DNA of 41,776 nt, from IMG/VR virus record IMGVR_UViG_3300033148_001348, positions 1 through 41,776 of that record; one strand, 5' to 3'. Position numbers and translations under genes: made by a program. This document shows positions 1-9,589 of the stretch, piece by piece. The notes beneath the pieces are model-generated. The model did no database searches and was not told where the DNA came from. It was given only the letters and a program-made list of their open reading frames with translations. The DNA comes from a virus (Duplodnaviria > Caudoviricetes). The number at the start of each line of letters is the position of its first letter. Position 1 is the stretch's first letter.

Positions 1-35
1 CCGGCAAAAGAATGACTACACGCCTGCGCCCCAAA

Positions 36-42
36 AGGACCC
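36..42 (-). other. lambda cosQ-like heptamer GGGTCCT (putative packaging termination site)
   Basis: Minus strand reads ...TTTAACGGTGG-GGGTCCT-TTT...; identical to lambda cosQ, located after the last gene of a phage with a GpA-type terminase. Confidence 0.5.
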
Positions 43-119
43 CCACCGTTAAAAATGCTATTTTCATTTTGAAAACTGGAAAATGCTGGCGCACTTGGTC
101 TTGCGGACGTCCCCTATAG

Positions 120-299
120 GCTGGCGTGGCTGGCTTTGCGGAGCGTCGTCATATTCTGCTAGCGTAGTTGATCGGAAACAGTGTCGGAGACTGCTAGCGG
201 ACTTGAATTCTTCATTGCGGCTGACGTATACCAGAGAACACACAGGCCGATTCTGCTGGCGTGGCTGGCTTTGCTGTTGTGGGACTTTTGCTAGCGGAC
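120..299. repeat. Direct repeats in the non-coding genome end
   Basis: GCTGGCGTGGCTGGCTTTGC at 120-139 and 255-274; TGCTAGCG(GAC) at 157-164, 192-202 and 289-299. Confidence 0.85.
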
Positions 300-329
300 C
301 TCCCCTTTCTGTTTTGGATCGCCGTTGAG

Positions 330-1523
330 TCATAGGACAGTGACCTCCTTCCCACTCAATCCATCGAACCAATCTGTCTGCGGTATCCAGAGAGAGTAAT
401 CTGGATGCTCCTCTCTCGACCCATCGACCAGAACAATCTCATCACTCATGGCAATTCCGATCCACAATCCTGCATTGTTGGCTGTCACATGGACATCAGA
501 TCGATCCACTATTGACATCCACTTCATCAGGCCCATCGTTACGAACATTGCATTTCTCAGAACATCAGCGGGGAGCAGGGATTCTGCGATCTGTCTCTCC
601 TCAAACGAACACCCGACAACGATCTGCCCTGTGGGATGCTTCCTCAAGACATCCAAGAAAGCACATTGCCACAAGTGGGCATCACTGAACTCATTCTGTC
701 TTGTCCTCTCGACAGGTTGAACGGTGATGATCGTACTCAGGGGATCCAAATGCTCATCCATCCATCTTGTTGCCCACACGGAGTCCTCCTCAGGGATGCG
801 GATGTCAATCTGTACGGGCTTCCAGTCAACCAATTCCTCCCAGCCCAGTTCATACAACATCTGAGCACCGGGATACCCGACTTCCTGTTGGTATGATCTT
901 CTCGGTACTCCACCCAACGCACTCTCCTGAGGGTGTCCCCTGAACGGCACGATCTGCCACACTGCATCTTCCTCCCACACTCTCAATGCCCTCTTGATAT
1001 TCTCACTGGGCAAATGACCCTCAATCGGCAGACACTTCAATCCAGAGGCATCCCATATCTCTTCTGCATTCGGATATGTGGGATCGTAGATGATCCAAAG
1101 GCCGTCCTCTCCGATTGTCTCTGCGATCCTCTGACAGATTCCGACCTCAACCAGAAGATCACCGATCCCCATTCTCCTCGCATCCCATGTGTTCTGCCAT
1201 GATGCAACATCGTCACAGGCTTTGAACTCGAAATAGACCCGACTGCTCATCAGGAATTTCCGGTGGGCGATCTCTCCACTCTTCCTGATACCCTCACTGT
1301 CTGAATGCCGTGCTTTCCAGATTGCATTTGCGATCCGCACGAGAGTTTCGGGGAATCCTGCGAGGTCTGCCCATAGATCACCGCCCGATGGGTTATTGTT
1401 CTGGGCAATTACAACGGCCTTGAGGAAGGCATTGTGTTGTTGGTCGGCCCTGAGTTGAACACCTCCATAGTGCCTCAGGTCAAGAATCGTTCCGGGACGC
1501 AGTTCGTATTTGATCCTGCTCAT
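330..1523 (-). CDS. Glycosyltransferase, GT9 (heptosyltransferase)-like C-terminal half
   Basis: 397 aa; IVDRSDVHVTANNAGLWIGIAM resembles the GT9 motif A-x-L-x-I-GNDSG-x-HLAAA; GGAG RBS. Confidence 0.6.
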   Translation of the reverse strand: MSRIKYELRPGTILDLRHYGGVQLRADQQHNAFLKAVVIAQNNNPSGGDLWADLAGFPETLVRIANAIWKARHSDSEGIRKSGEIAHRKFLMSSRVYFEFKACDDVASWQNTWDARRMGIGDLLVEVGICQRIAETIGEDGLWIIYDPTYPNAEEIWDASGLKCLPIEGHLPSENIKRALRVWEEDAVWQIVPFRGHPQESALGGVPRRSYQQEVGYPGAQMLYELGWEELVDWKPVQIDIRIPEEDSVWATRWMDEHLDPLSTIITVQPVERTRQNEFSDAHLWQCAFLDVLRKHPTGQIVVGCSFEERQIAESLLPADVLRNAMFVTMGLMKWMSIVDRSDVHVTANNAGLWIGIAMSDEIVLVDGSREEHPDYSLWIPQTDWFDGLSGKEVTVL

Positions 1524-1570
1524 CTCAATCTCCTATCTATCATCTCGTTAGTTTATCCGCAATGTATTTC

Positions 1571-2188
1571 TCAGAGTCTCATTTCATCCGCCCCCGTTAC
1601 TCCGATATGGCTGAAATTGATCACACACCCATCTCTCTCATTCAGAAAGAACATCGGCCCATCGACTGGCGGTGGTTCTTCATCGAACCAGACATCATGG
1701 AAAAGAACGATCCCCCAAGGACTCAAGAAATGCAGGACTGCTTCATAGGCTTCCGATACTCCCTTGTAGCTGTGATCTCCGTCGAGAAATACCAGATCGA
1801 ACTTCCCTCCCTTCGACCAATGGAGCAACAACCCCTCCAGATCACCATCCTGATCAGGACGCACCAGTCCAAGGTCAACCATGCCCCTCAGATCATCGGG
1901 AATCTCCGATCCGATCTCCTCTCTGGGCAATACCTCTGTTTTTTGGCTATCAGGAAGCCCTGAGGGGACGCCAGAGACATCGACACTGAACACCCTTCCC
2001 TCAGACCTAGCTTTCAACACTCGTGCGATGTTGGCCGTTGTGATGCCTTTATTCGTCCCGATCTCCAACACTCTCGGATTGTTATACCTCGAGGCCAGAG
2101 TCAGAATGATGTCCATCTCTTCATTTGAGACAAACGGATTTGCCACAGCTTTGGAAAACCGGGCGGTTGGTATGGTGCAGAATCTCAT
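1571..2188 (-). CDS. Class I SAM-dependent methyltransferase (Methyltransf_24-like)
   Basis: VLEIGTNKGITT, FDLVFLDGDHSY and GIVLFHD motifs; AGGAG RBS. Confidence 0.9.
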   Translation of the reverse strand: MRFCTIPTARFSKAVANPFVSNEEMDIILTLASRYNNPRVLEIGTNKGITTANIARVLKARSEGRVFSVDVSGVPSGLPDSQKTEVLPREEIGSEIPDDLRGMVDLGLVRPDQDGDLEGLLLHWSKGGKFDLVFLDGDHSYKGVSEAYEAVLHFLSPWGIVLFHDVWFDEEPPPVDGPMFFLNERDGCVINFSHIGVTGADEMRL

Positions 2189-2202
2189 CTTGATCTCCTT
2201 AT

Positions 2203-2340
2203 CTATTTATTCAGGGCTGTTCTGATCTTCACCGCATCCTCTTTTCTTGGACATAGACAAATGTATCGATTGTCGTCCCGATCCCAGACGAATGTATTGC
2301 CCATCAACTTCTTCGTGCTGTATCTCTTCCTCTTTGCCAT
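2203..2340 (-). CDS. Small basic hypothetical protein (45 aa, MAKRKRYSTKK...), not in the ORF track
   Basis: ATG overlaps the upstream stop (TGATG) and the ORF fills the gap exactly up to the next RBS. Confidence 0.6.
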   Translation of the reverse strand: MAKRKRYSTKKLMGNTFVWDRDDNRYICLCPRKEDAVKIRTALNK

Positions 2341-3428
2341 CACAATCTCTCTTTCATCCACCTCTTCACTCGCCATGCCTCATGCTTCCAATCGAACAGA
2401 CCCTTCGCCGCTTCCCAACATCTCTTAGCATAGTGATTGACCTGATCCAAGTCCTGAGTGTGATGCCCGATGGCCGCCTGACACGATGTCGGGTTGTAAT
2501 CGACGTAAAAGCAGGTAACTCCGGGGATCAGGAAACTTCCTGCGGTGCGGTATCTGTAGAATCTTTTCTCCACGATCACCGGCCGACCACAAGCGATGCT
2601 CTGCAACATCGAATGACCCCACCCATCAAATCCCTTAACGTGCCAAGTCAATGCCCCGGCTTCGTAGTGCTTCGGCATATCCTTGTCTTTCAGATTCTTC
2701 CCTCCGGGCAAACCTTCATTGGTATGACCCCACACCTTGAACGCATATCCATTCATGGGCTCAGAAGTCTCTTTCCACAGATCGAACAGGTTCATGTGTT
2801 CCTTCGGAGCGATCCGACTCTCACAATGAGGACAACCCGGCCCCCAATTATTCGCACTCCATCGGTACGCCTGTGACTGTCCCCTCAGATTGTTGATGAA
2901 ACAATTCACGGTATGGAATCCCTCTTCGGTCACTGGAGTGAACTTCTTCCCGAAATGACGGCCTAGTTCCTGACCAGTCAGAATTGTCTCGACCCCTATC
3001 GGCACAAGTCTCCATGTATCTTCATCACTGGTGATCAGGTGCTTCACCCTTCCCCAATCATAAACGGTATTCTCATTCCCGGCCTGACCGATGGCGATCA
3101 CCTTCTCATTGCACCTGTGACCGAGATTCCAGATCATCTGTTGAGTCTCTGGCCGTGTGAATAGAAACACATCCCAATCGGTATCCATGAACTCCTCCTG
3201 TGATACCGTCCCCCCATACTTCTTCCAACTCTCTCGACTGATCCCTCCCATCGCACTCAGCCATTTCTTCTCATCCAGCCCCACGAAAAATTGCCCGGTC
3301 AAGTCAACTGCATGGGCAAATGAAGGATCAGCATATCTAATGTGATGTCCTAACCTGTCGCCGAACAGATAAAACATTGACCGAGCTAGACCACCATGAT
3401 GGTAGTCACAAAAAATCTTCACAACCAT
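2340..3428 (-). CDS. GT-B fold (GT4-like) glycosyltransferase
   Basis: DGWGHSMLQSIACGRPVIV resembles E-x-F-G-x4-EA-x-A-x-G-x-PV; N-terminal LGHHI. Confidence 0.75.
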   Translation of the reverse strand: MVVKIFCDYHHGGLARSMFYLFGDRLGHHIRYADPSFAHAVDLTGQFFVGLDEKKWLSAMGGISRESWKKYGGTVSQEEFMDTDWDVFLFTRPETQQMIWNLGHRCNEKVIAIGQAGNENTVYDWGRVKHLITSDEDTWRLVPIGVETILTGQELGRHFGKKFTPVTEEGFHTVNCFINNLRGQSQAYRWSANNWGPGCPHCESRIAPKEHMNLFDLWKETSEPMNGYAFKVWGHTNEGLPGGKNLKDKDMPKHYEAGALTWHVKGFDGWGHSMLQSIACGRPVIVEKRFYRYRTAGSFLIPGVTCFYVDYNPTSCQAAIGHHTQDLDQVNHYAKRCWEAAKGLFDWKHEAWRVKRWMKERL

Positions 3429-4360
3429 TCCCCCTCATCAATATATGACAAAAACCTTTTCCACAACGCTGTCACCGGTTTGACATCGAAATGTCTCTGG
3501 CACTGAACCGACAACTCATGCAACGCTCCGGCATTCTCATCACTCGCCAGAGCGAAACTCAATGCGGCCTCTGCCTCTTCCTCGGTCCTGACTGTATGAA
3601 CATCCAGACCTTCATCCACGATCCCACACCCATTGTCCCAAGCGACCACCGGCATCCCTGTACATATCTGCTCGACAAGCGACAAGGTATATGGCGCCGG
3701 AATTGTCCCGACATTGAATGCCACCCGGTATGATCTCATCAGGTGCTTGATCTCATCATAGTCCACCTGCCCAAGACCCGGCATATAATCCTGCTTATCG
3801 GTATTGTTTCCGCACAACGTGATCGGCAATCCTCTCGCACTCAACTTGTGAACCACATCCCATCCACACGCTTCACCTCTCCGATGAATGTCATTGCACA
3901 TCACCAACACTCTCGGCGTTCCCCCCTTCCACTTCCCGAACTCCTTCAAATCTTTCCCGAACCTGATCAACCTCAACTGTTCACAGGGAGCACCCTCCTC
4001 ACAATAGATCGCATGATCCTTCACTGAATAAGCACACACATGAAGATTCTTGTATCGGTGCATCGATTGAGCCAACAGGCGATGCTGTTCCCGGCTTCCC
4101 TGACCAAATGCCATCACGACCACCGGCTTCCCTAATGAAGCATAAGCCACAGCCCTCCTCTCGAACTCCTCCAACTGGTGAACCAGAAACAGATCAACAC
4201 CATCATCGAACTCCACATTCCGATCCGTCACCCCTTTGATCTTCGGCCTCTGTTCACTCCCGACATCAAACAACCCGACCACCTCATGGCCCAATCCCAT
4301 CAACATCTTCGCCTGATCATACTCCAAAACCGCATGGCAACTATGCAGATATATCTTCAT
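3419..4360 (-). CDS. GT-B fold (GT4-like) glycosyltransferase
   Basis: LGHEVV N-terminus; PYTLSLVEQICTGMPVVAWD motif. Confidence 0.8.
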   Translation of the reverse strand: MKIYLHSCHAVLEYDQAKMLMGLGHEVVGLFDVGSEQRPKIKGVTDRNVEFDDGVDLFLVHQLEEFERRAVAYASLGKPVVVMAFGQGSREQHRLLAQSMHRYKNLHVCAYSVKDHAIYCEEGAPCEQLRLIRFGKDLKEFGKWKGGTPRVLVMCNDIHRRGEACGWDVVHKLSARGLPITLCGNNTDKQDYMPGLGQVDYDEIKHLMRSYRVAFNVGTIPAPYTLSLVEQICTGMPVVAWDNGCGIVDEGLDVHTVRTEEEAEAALSFALASDENAGALHELSVQCQRHFDVKPVTALWKRFLSYIDEGEWL

Positions 4361-4706
4361 CTTGATCTGTCCTCCTATACTTGTCCTTCAATCCGATGTA
4401 GTGCTGGCCGAGGTCCCCGACCGTATCCTCAATCCCTCCATTCCAATCCCGCCAATTCCCGAAATGTCCGACCATGAAATGGCACATCCGACAAAAGGTG
4501 ATCAAGTTGCGTGGATCACAGGCCCTCTCTGGATTCACATGAACTGGCTCGATGTGATGCACATCATTATTCCGACCCCAGAAAGTCGCCTTGATCTTAC
4601 ACATAGCACAGAACGGAAACCTCTCCCTGTGCTTCCCCTTCGCCTTCCGCACCCGGTACTCCGTGATGGGATGAGCAATCGCATTCAACATCCTTCTAAT
4701 TCTCAT
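4341..4706 (-). CDS. HNH endonuclease
   Basis: CAMC...DVHHIEPVH...NLITFCRMCHFMVGH; start moved to ATG 4706. Confidence 0.9.
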   Translation of the reverse strand: MRIRRMLNAIAHPITEYRVRKAKGKHRERFPFCAMCKIKATFWGRNNDVHHIEPVHVNPERACDPRNLITFCRMCHFMVGHFGNWRDWNGGIEDTVGDLGQHYIGLKDKYRRTDQDEDISA

Positions 4707-5712
4707 TCGTGAACTCCCAGTTGTACAACCACCGCACCTCACTCCGATTGATCCTGATATTGTACACCTGCTGGTTGCTACAATTCACACCCGCTTGGAA
4801 ATAAGGATTGATAGACGATGGATCGAATAAGGGACTGATGCGGGTTGCATTCTTCGATGCTGTCACTTCTTCATTCATAAATAACAACTTGTCTTGTTGT
4901 GCTCCAAGGCTGTCGATGTCATACCACGTGGCGACCCCAACCAACCAGCCGGGATAATAACTCGGTAGGCCATACATCCTCAACTTGGAATCAAGAGCGG
5001 TTGATACATTTGTGACCTGACCCGATCCCCTTCTCCTGTTCGGTAGATAGCCATACTGGCCCGAGCTATACCAGATCGGTGCAACGCAATAATAGACATC
5101 GTTGGTAGGGAATGACGACCACGAATCAGCCGCATACACAGCATTGGCCGCCGCATATCCGGCGGCACAATTTGGATTTGAGAAATACGGCCCTGCCCCA
5201 AGCGATTCCTCATTCACCGCCTGTGTGAATCCTGTGGTATGCTCAGTCCACCTCAATGTGCTGAACGCCTTCTGTAGATCATCATACGTCCACCACCAGA
5301 TCATGTCGTAGTCCTGCTGGATTCCATACTGATAAGGGATTGCATCGAACCCATCCCACGTCCCTGCCGGCACTCTCCTGAATCCATTCGCATTCAATCC
5401 TGCGGCACTCCTGAAGGTGGAGAGGTCGAATGTGGGGAAAGTCGCCTGACCAGTGAACGGCTCTTGCGTATGATCCACGAAGCTGGTCAGGTTCGCCTCG
5501 ATCCACTCCTGCATATCTGACCACAACGATGTCTTGCTGGCATCAGTGTTGTAATCCCCGATGTTCCCGACTGCACTCTGCCCAAGTGCCTGTCTCCTCT
5601 CACTATACGCCAAGAGCAATTCATTCAGGTTGGCCGTCTTGAACAACTCGAAACCATCGGTGGTTGGGTCTGTGAATGGATCACTCATGGGTGGGACATT
5701 GGGAACTGCCAA
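4696..5712 (-). CDS. Putative tail tip / receptor-binding protein
   Basis: 338 aa, aromatic- and Gly-rich, last gene of the tail block; no recognisable family. Confidence 0.5.
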   Translation of the reverse strand: MAVPNVPPMSDPFTDPTTDGFELFKTANLNELLLAYSERRQALGQSAVGNIGDYNTDASKTSLWSDMQEWIEANLTSFVDHTQEPFTGQATFPTFDLSTFRSAAGLNANGFRRVPAGTWDGFDAIPYQYGIQQDYDMIWWWTYDDLQKAFSTLRWTEHTTGFTQAVNEESLGAGPYFSNPNCAAGYAAANAVYAADSWSSFPTNDVYYCVAPIWYSSGQYGYLPNRRRGSGQVTNVSTALDSKLRMYGLPSYYPGWLVGVATWYDIDSLGAQQDKLLFMNEEVTASKNATRISPLFDPSSINPYFQAGVNCSNQQVYNIRINRSEVRWLYNWEFTNEN

Positions 5713-5978
5713 TCCTTTGTAAGCGATGTATCTACAAGCGAGAGCACCATGCCTTTCGACTTGCCTGTAGTCGGGGGCAACGAATCTCCCCCCGTTGAAT
5801 TGATTGTGACACTGTTACTGCCCTTGTCTCTGGTCGATGTGATGTTGTCCCCATCGATCACCTCAGTGATCACATTCTCCTGTAACTCATTGAAGCCACC
5901 ACATATCTTCTTCCACTGGGTGAACCTCACAAGCACCGGCTTCATTATCGCTTTAGGGAATTGGTGCAACCATCTCAT
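5685..5978 (-). CDS. Small putative tail protein
   Basis: 97 aa; IDGDNIT..SVTINSTGG resembles fibre-type motifs; position in the tail block. Confidence 0.5.
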   Translation of the reverse strand: MRWLHQFPKAIMKPVLVRFTQWKKICGGFNELQENVITEVIDGDNITSTRDKGSNSVTINSTGGDSLPPTTGKSKGMVLSLVDTSLTKDWQFPMSHP

Positions 5979-5989
5979 CTTTTATCTCT

Positions 5990-6658
5990 TTATGCGTCAA
6001 ATCGAAATAGCACTGTTCCGAGCAATACTAACTGCGCCCAGTCAGACCCAGACCACTCCCAGTGCATGTAATGATCATCATTGTTCTCCGGGTCAAGATC
6101 ACCCGACACCCCGAAATTGTAATCCTCAACCCTCACATCATTTGCAAATAGCTCCACCCGATACTCGGTCTTTGTCCAGAGCTTACCTGTTACCCTGAGA
6201 GGTTGTTCCTTGCACTCCTTCCCCGTATCCCATGACTCCATCGGACTTCCATTGAATAACATTGTCACAACACCATTCACACAGGTCACGGTCACACTCG
6301 GCGGCAACTGTGAATCAAAGATGCCCTGAACTTCTTTCTCATACGAACAAGCGAGGGACATCATCGATCCCTTCAACGGGTCTGCATTCGCATCGATCAA
6401 CCGATAGCCCGATCCGAAATCCAATGGCGAATCCTTCCCCACATATATCTTCAAATCATCCTCATTCGCCCTCAGATCATCCTCTACATCGATGCCATCA
6501 GTCTTTAGGCAGAACACCTTACGATTGACCCTGATCGTCTTAACATCGCCAATGACTTCCTTCGCATTATCGACATCAGGCACTCCACCCTCAGGTGCAT
6601 CGACATAATTCTTGCCGAAAGCATTCAGGCCGCCAAGGTAAGCATCAATCGAACTCAT
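5990..6658 (-). CDS. Putative distal tail/baseplate protein
   Basis: 222 aa, ATGA-coupled directly downstream of the tape measure gene. Confidence 0.55.
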   Translation of the reverse strand: MSSIDAYLGGLNAFGKNYVDAPEGGVPDVDNAKEVIGDVKTIRVNRKVFCLKTDGIDVEDDLRANEDDLKIYVGKDSPLDFGSGYRLIDANADPLKGSMMSLACSYEKEVQGIFDSQLPPSVTVTCVNGVVTMLFNGSPMESWDTGKECKEQPLRVTGKLWTKTEYRVELFANDVRVEDYNFGVSGDLDPENNDDHYMHWEWSGSDWAQLVLLGTVLFRFDA

Positions 6659-9354
6659 GCCCAGACCACTCCTTCCATCGACTTCATCAGATCGAGGATT
6701 TCTTTCAGGGTAGATTCCTGTGCGACACCCTTGAACGACTCGGCATCAATCGTGACACTTCCACCGATGGCAACATTTCCAGTCCCACCACCACCGCCAA
6801 CCCCGCCACCGCCATCGACCTCAACTCCACCGCCATCTCCTCCGAACAACTTCGCAAAGGCATCACCGATCCCCTTCAACACATTCCAAATGAACTTGGC
6901 AATCTTTGTCACCACTCCCTTGATCGCTAGGAATGCTTTCGTGATCCCATCCACTAATCCATTCCAGACTTTGGATGCGACCTCAGACACCGACTTCCAC
7001 AACTCGGCATCTGCAATGAAATCAATTCCAGCCTTCCAAATCTTCTTGATCGATTTCCAGATATTCTCTGCGACATCCTTGATCCCATTCCATGCACTTT
7101 CTGCGATACTCTTGAATGCACCCCACACCCCATTGTCCTTCAAGGCATTCATCATCTTATCGAATGCACCCTTGATCCCTAGAAATGCTCCCTTCGCCGC
7201 ACCCCAGACAGCACCGAACACCTTCTTCACAATGTCCTTGAACTTCGTCCACTTGTCTCCGAGCAATTTTGTCATTAGCTTGTCGAACAGAATTGCGATG
7301 CCCTTGAATACGAGCTTGATCAATTTCCAGATCACCAACATCGCCTTCGCCACGATCAACTTGAACACACCCCAAGGCCCTTCATTCTGGAATGCCGTCA
7401 CCACAGCATCATACGCCCCCTTGATTGCCTTCCACGCCCCGACCCAGAATGTCCAGATCGCAGTCACATACTTCACCACGATCCCCTTGAACGCATTCCA
7501 CTTCTTCTCTCCGAGAAATCCGGCCATGAAATTGTCGAATGCCACCCACATGATCTTGAAATATCTCTGCGTGATCTCCACGATCTTCTTCCATATCGCA
7601 TCCCAATTCTCCACAATCAGCTCAATCAACTTGATCACCTGATCGACAAAGAACCTTGTGATCTTGCCAATGCCGAACCATATATTCGCCCACGTTTCCC
7701 ACCAGTCAATGTTCTTGATGAAATCCAGAATCCCCAACACTATCGGCTTGACTGTGGCAAAGATCAACTGGAAGGCCATCACTGCCGCTGTCTTGACTGT
7801 ATCCCATACTTCCAGCCAATTTATTTCCTTGAACAGATCAACCAGATCATCCAAGAAATCTCCTGCCACCCTCATCGATTCACTCATCTTCTGCTCTAGC
7901 CCGAACAACAACAGATTCCATGCTCCTGCAAAATCCTGCTGATCTCCAAAGACGGTAGTGATGAATGTGTTCATCCACTCCTTCCCTGTCTTTATCACCA
8001 CAGCGAACACTTCCTGCAACCCGGTGACGATATTTTCCCAAGCACCTTTCCAATCGATGCTCATCATCACACCTCGCATCAACGCCAACTTAGCGGCGAA
8101 TACAAACGGTGCGGCTCCGATGGCGGCCAGCAATCCCCCGATCAATATCTTGAACGCATTCTGAGTGATCCACGTCCCGACAGCCTTGAACCCTTTCAAT
8201 ATGAAATCCCAAATCGATATGTCACCCTTCGCCAAAGCGATGAATGCCTTGTTCACCTTATCAGCCAACACGGTGAACTGCTTCACAATCTTTGAAAGGA
8301 TCGGCGACAACGCACCATACAAGATCAATGTTGTCTCCTGTAACTGCGAGAGGAACAACTTCCACCTTGACCCCAAGGTGTTCATCTGGATTCCATACAT
8401 CTTCGTCACATCAGCGGCCCTGATAATTGAATCACCCAACAGATCAATGCTGTCAGCTCCGAGCCTCATCAACAGAGCCAGATTCGGTCCTGTCCTCTTT
8501 CCCATCTCGGTGATCACGGTATTGGTATCGATCCCGGCCGCTTCCAACCTCCTCACAGCACCGGTCAATCCTTCCGTCCCCGCATCCCACTTCCTCAAGG
8601 CATTCCCGATCTCCGTTCCGCCCTTCTTCGACTGCTTCGCCAACTCGATCATCACCCGCCTGAACGCTGTACCGGCTTCTGATCCCCTGACACCTGCGGC
8701 ATTGAAGGCCGCAAGCTCTGTGACAGTCTGCTCCAGAGACAAACCAAAGGCGGCGGCGGCTGGTGCGGCAAACTTCATCCCCTCCGCCAACCTCTCCATG
8801 TTCAGGGGACTCTTCGCAATAGCTCCTGCGAATAGATCAGCAACCTTGATCGCATCCTTGAATGGTATATCCATTGCGATCATCGTCGCTGTCAATGTCT
8901 CGGTGGCGATCACCGTGTCCGACATTGTTGCACCCGCCAACAACAGGGCTGGCTTCAAGGTATTGATCAGCTTGTCGGTGGTATCGATCCCGGCACTTCC
9001 CAGACTATACAGAGCCTCTGCCGCTTCGGTCGCTGTGAACTTGGTTTCCTTGGCAACATCCCTTGCCGATTCTTCCAACCTCTGCAACTCATCAGCGGCA
9101 AGACCTGTCACCGATGCGACATTGGCCATCGCCTGTTCAAAGGGTACACCCACTGAGATGATCTGCTTCAACGATCCGACAGCCACACCGACAGGCCCGA
9201 ATGCTTTGCCCATCGCCAGAATCTCTGCGGTAGCTCCTCCGAATGCGAGGGACATCGCCCCTGTCACATTGGAAACTGTCTGCGACAGATTACCCATCCC
9301 CCGGTTGAACGAGGATGGGTTAAGACTTACTACCGCCTGTAGTGCTAGAGCCAT
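6655..9354 (-). CDS. Tail tape measure protein (TP901-type core)
   Basis: FEQAMANVASVTG, TKFTATEAAEAL, GVRGSEAGTAFR motifs followed by W/F-periodic helical repeats. Confidence 0.95.
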   Translation of the reverse strand: MALALQAVVSLNPSSFNRGMGNLSQTVSNVTGAMSLAFGGATAEILAMGKAFGPVGVAVGSLKQIISVGVPFEQAMANVASVTGLAADELQRLEESARDVAKETKFTATEAAEALYSLGSAGIDTTDKLINTLKPALLLAGATMSDTVIATETLTATMIAMDIPFKDAIKVADLFAGAIAKSPLNMERLAEGMKFAAPAAAAFGLSLEQTVTELAAFNAAGVRGSEAGTAFRRVMIELAKQSKKGGTEIGNALRKWDAGTEGLTGAVRRLEAAGIDTNTVITEMGKRTGPNLALLMRLGADSIDLLGDSIIRAADVTKMYGIQMNTLGSRWKLFLSQLQETTLILYGALSPILSKIVKQFTVLADKVNKAFIALAKGDISIWDFILKGFKAVGTWITQNAFKILIGGLLAAIGAAPFVFAAKLALMRGVMMSIDWKGAWENIVTGLQEVFAVVIKTGKEWMNTFITTVFGDQQDFAGAWNLLLFGLEQKMSESMRVAGDFLDDLVDLFKEINWLEVWDTVKTAAVMAFQLIFATVKPIVLGILDFIKNIDWWETWANIWFGIGKITRFFVDQVIKLIELIVENWDAIWKKIVEITQRYFKIMWVAFDNFMAGFLGEKKWNAFKGIVVKYVTAIWTFWVGAWKAIKGAYDAVVTAFQNEGPWGVFKLIVAKAMLVIWKLIKLVFKGIAILFDKLMTKLLGDKWTKFKDIVKKVFGAVWGAAKGAFLGIKGAFDKMMNALKDNGVWGAFKSIAESAWNGIKDVAENIWKSIKKIWKAGIDFIADAELWKSVSEVASKVWNGLVDGITKAFLAIKGVVTKIAKFIWNVLKGIGDAFAKLFGGDGGGVEVDGGGGVGGGGGTGNVAIGGSVTIDAESFKGVAQESTLKEILDLMKSMEGVVWA

Positions 9355-9589
9355 CTTTCTCTTCCTTCATCTTCAACAGAAACTGCTCTGCGACATCCAA
9401 CAATTCCTGAGTGGGCTTAACATTGTCATTCCGGCTTTCCTTCTTCGTGCTGTTTCTTCTCTTGATACATCCGGCCAACCGGACGATCACTAGCACGGGA
9501 GCATCCAACCACTCCCGTGCTTCTTTCAATCCTCCATGATACTGCGACAACAGCACATCAATTAAGTCGTAGTACCAGAGCCTTCCCCC
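9320..9589 (-). CDS. Tail assembly chaperone -1 frameshift extension (gpGT-like)
   Basis: The -1 frame is open from slippery GGGGGAA (9589-9583) and reads GRLWYYDLIDVLLSQYHGG... Confidence 0.75.
   Translation of the reverse strand, partial: GGRLWYYDLIDVLLSQYHGGLKEAREWLDAPVLVIVRLAGCIKRRNSTKKESRNDNVKPTQELLDVAEQFLLKMKEEKDGSSTTGGSKS

Noticed and set aside
64-372. 102-aa minus-strand ORF and 81-aa plus-strand ORF at the window start
   Set aside because: They overlap the repeat-rich putative cos region, have atypical composition and no convincing RBS
478-488. GTGACAGCCAA copy inside the GT9-like gene (and partial copies near 14455 and 31431)
   Set aside because: Within coding sequence (Val-Thr-Ala-Asn); compatible with chance and not counted as regulatory
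4341-4706. HNH as an intron-encoded or mobile homing endonuclease
   Set aside because: Small stand-alone HNH with intact flanking genes; more like the terminase-associated HNH proteins of cos phages
6731-9493. Long plus-strand ORFs (303 and 442 aa) and the many other plus-strand ORFs across the window
   Set aside because: Antisense shadows of well-supported minus-strand genes; no RBS or motifs, and low-information Ser/Pro/Ile/His-rich translations
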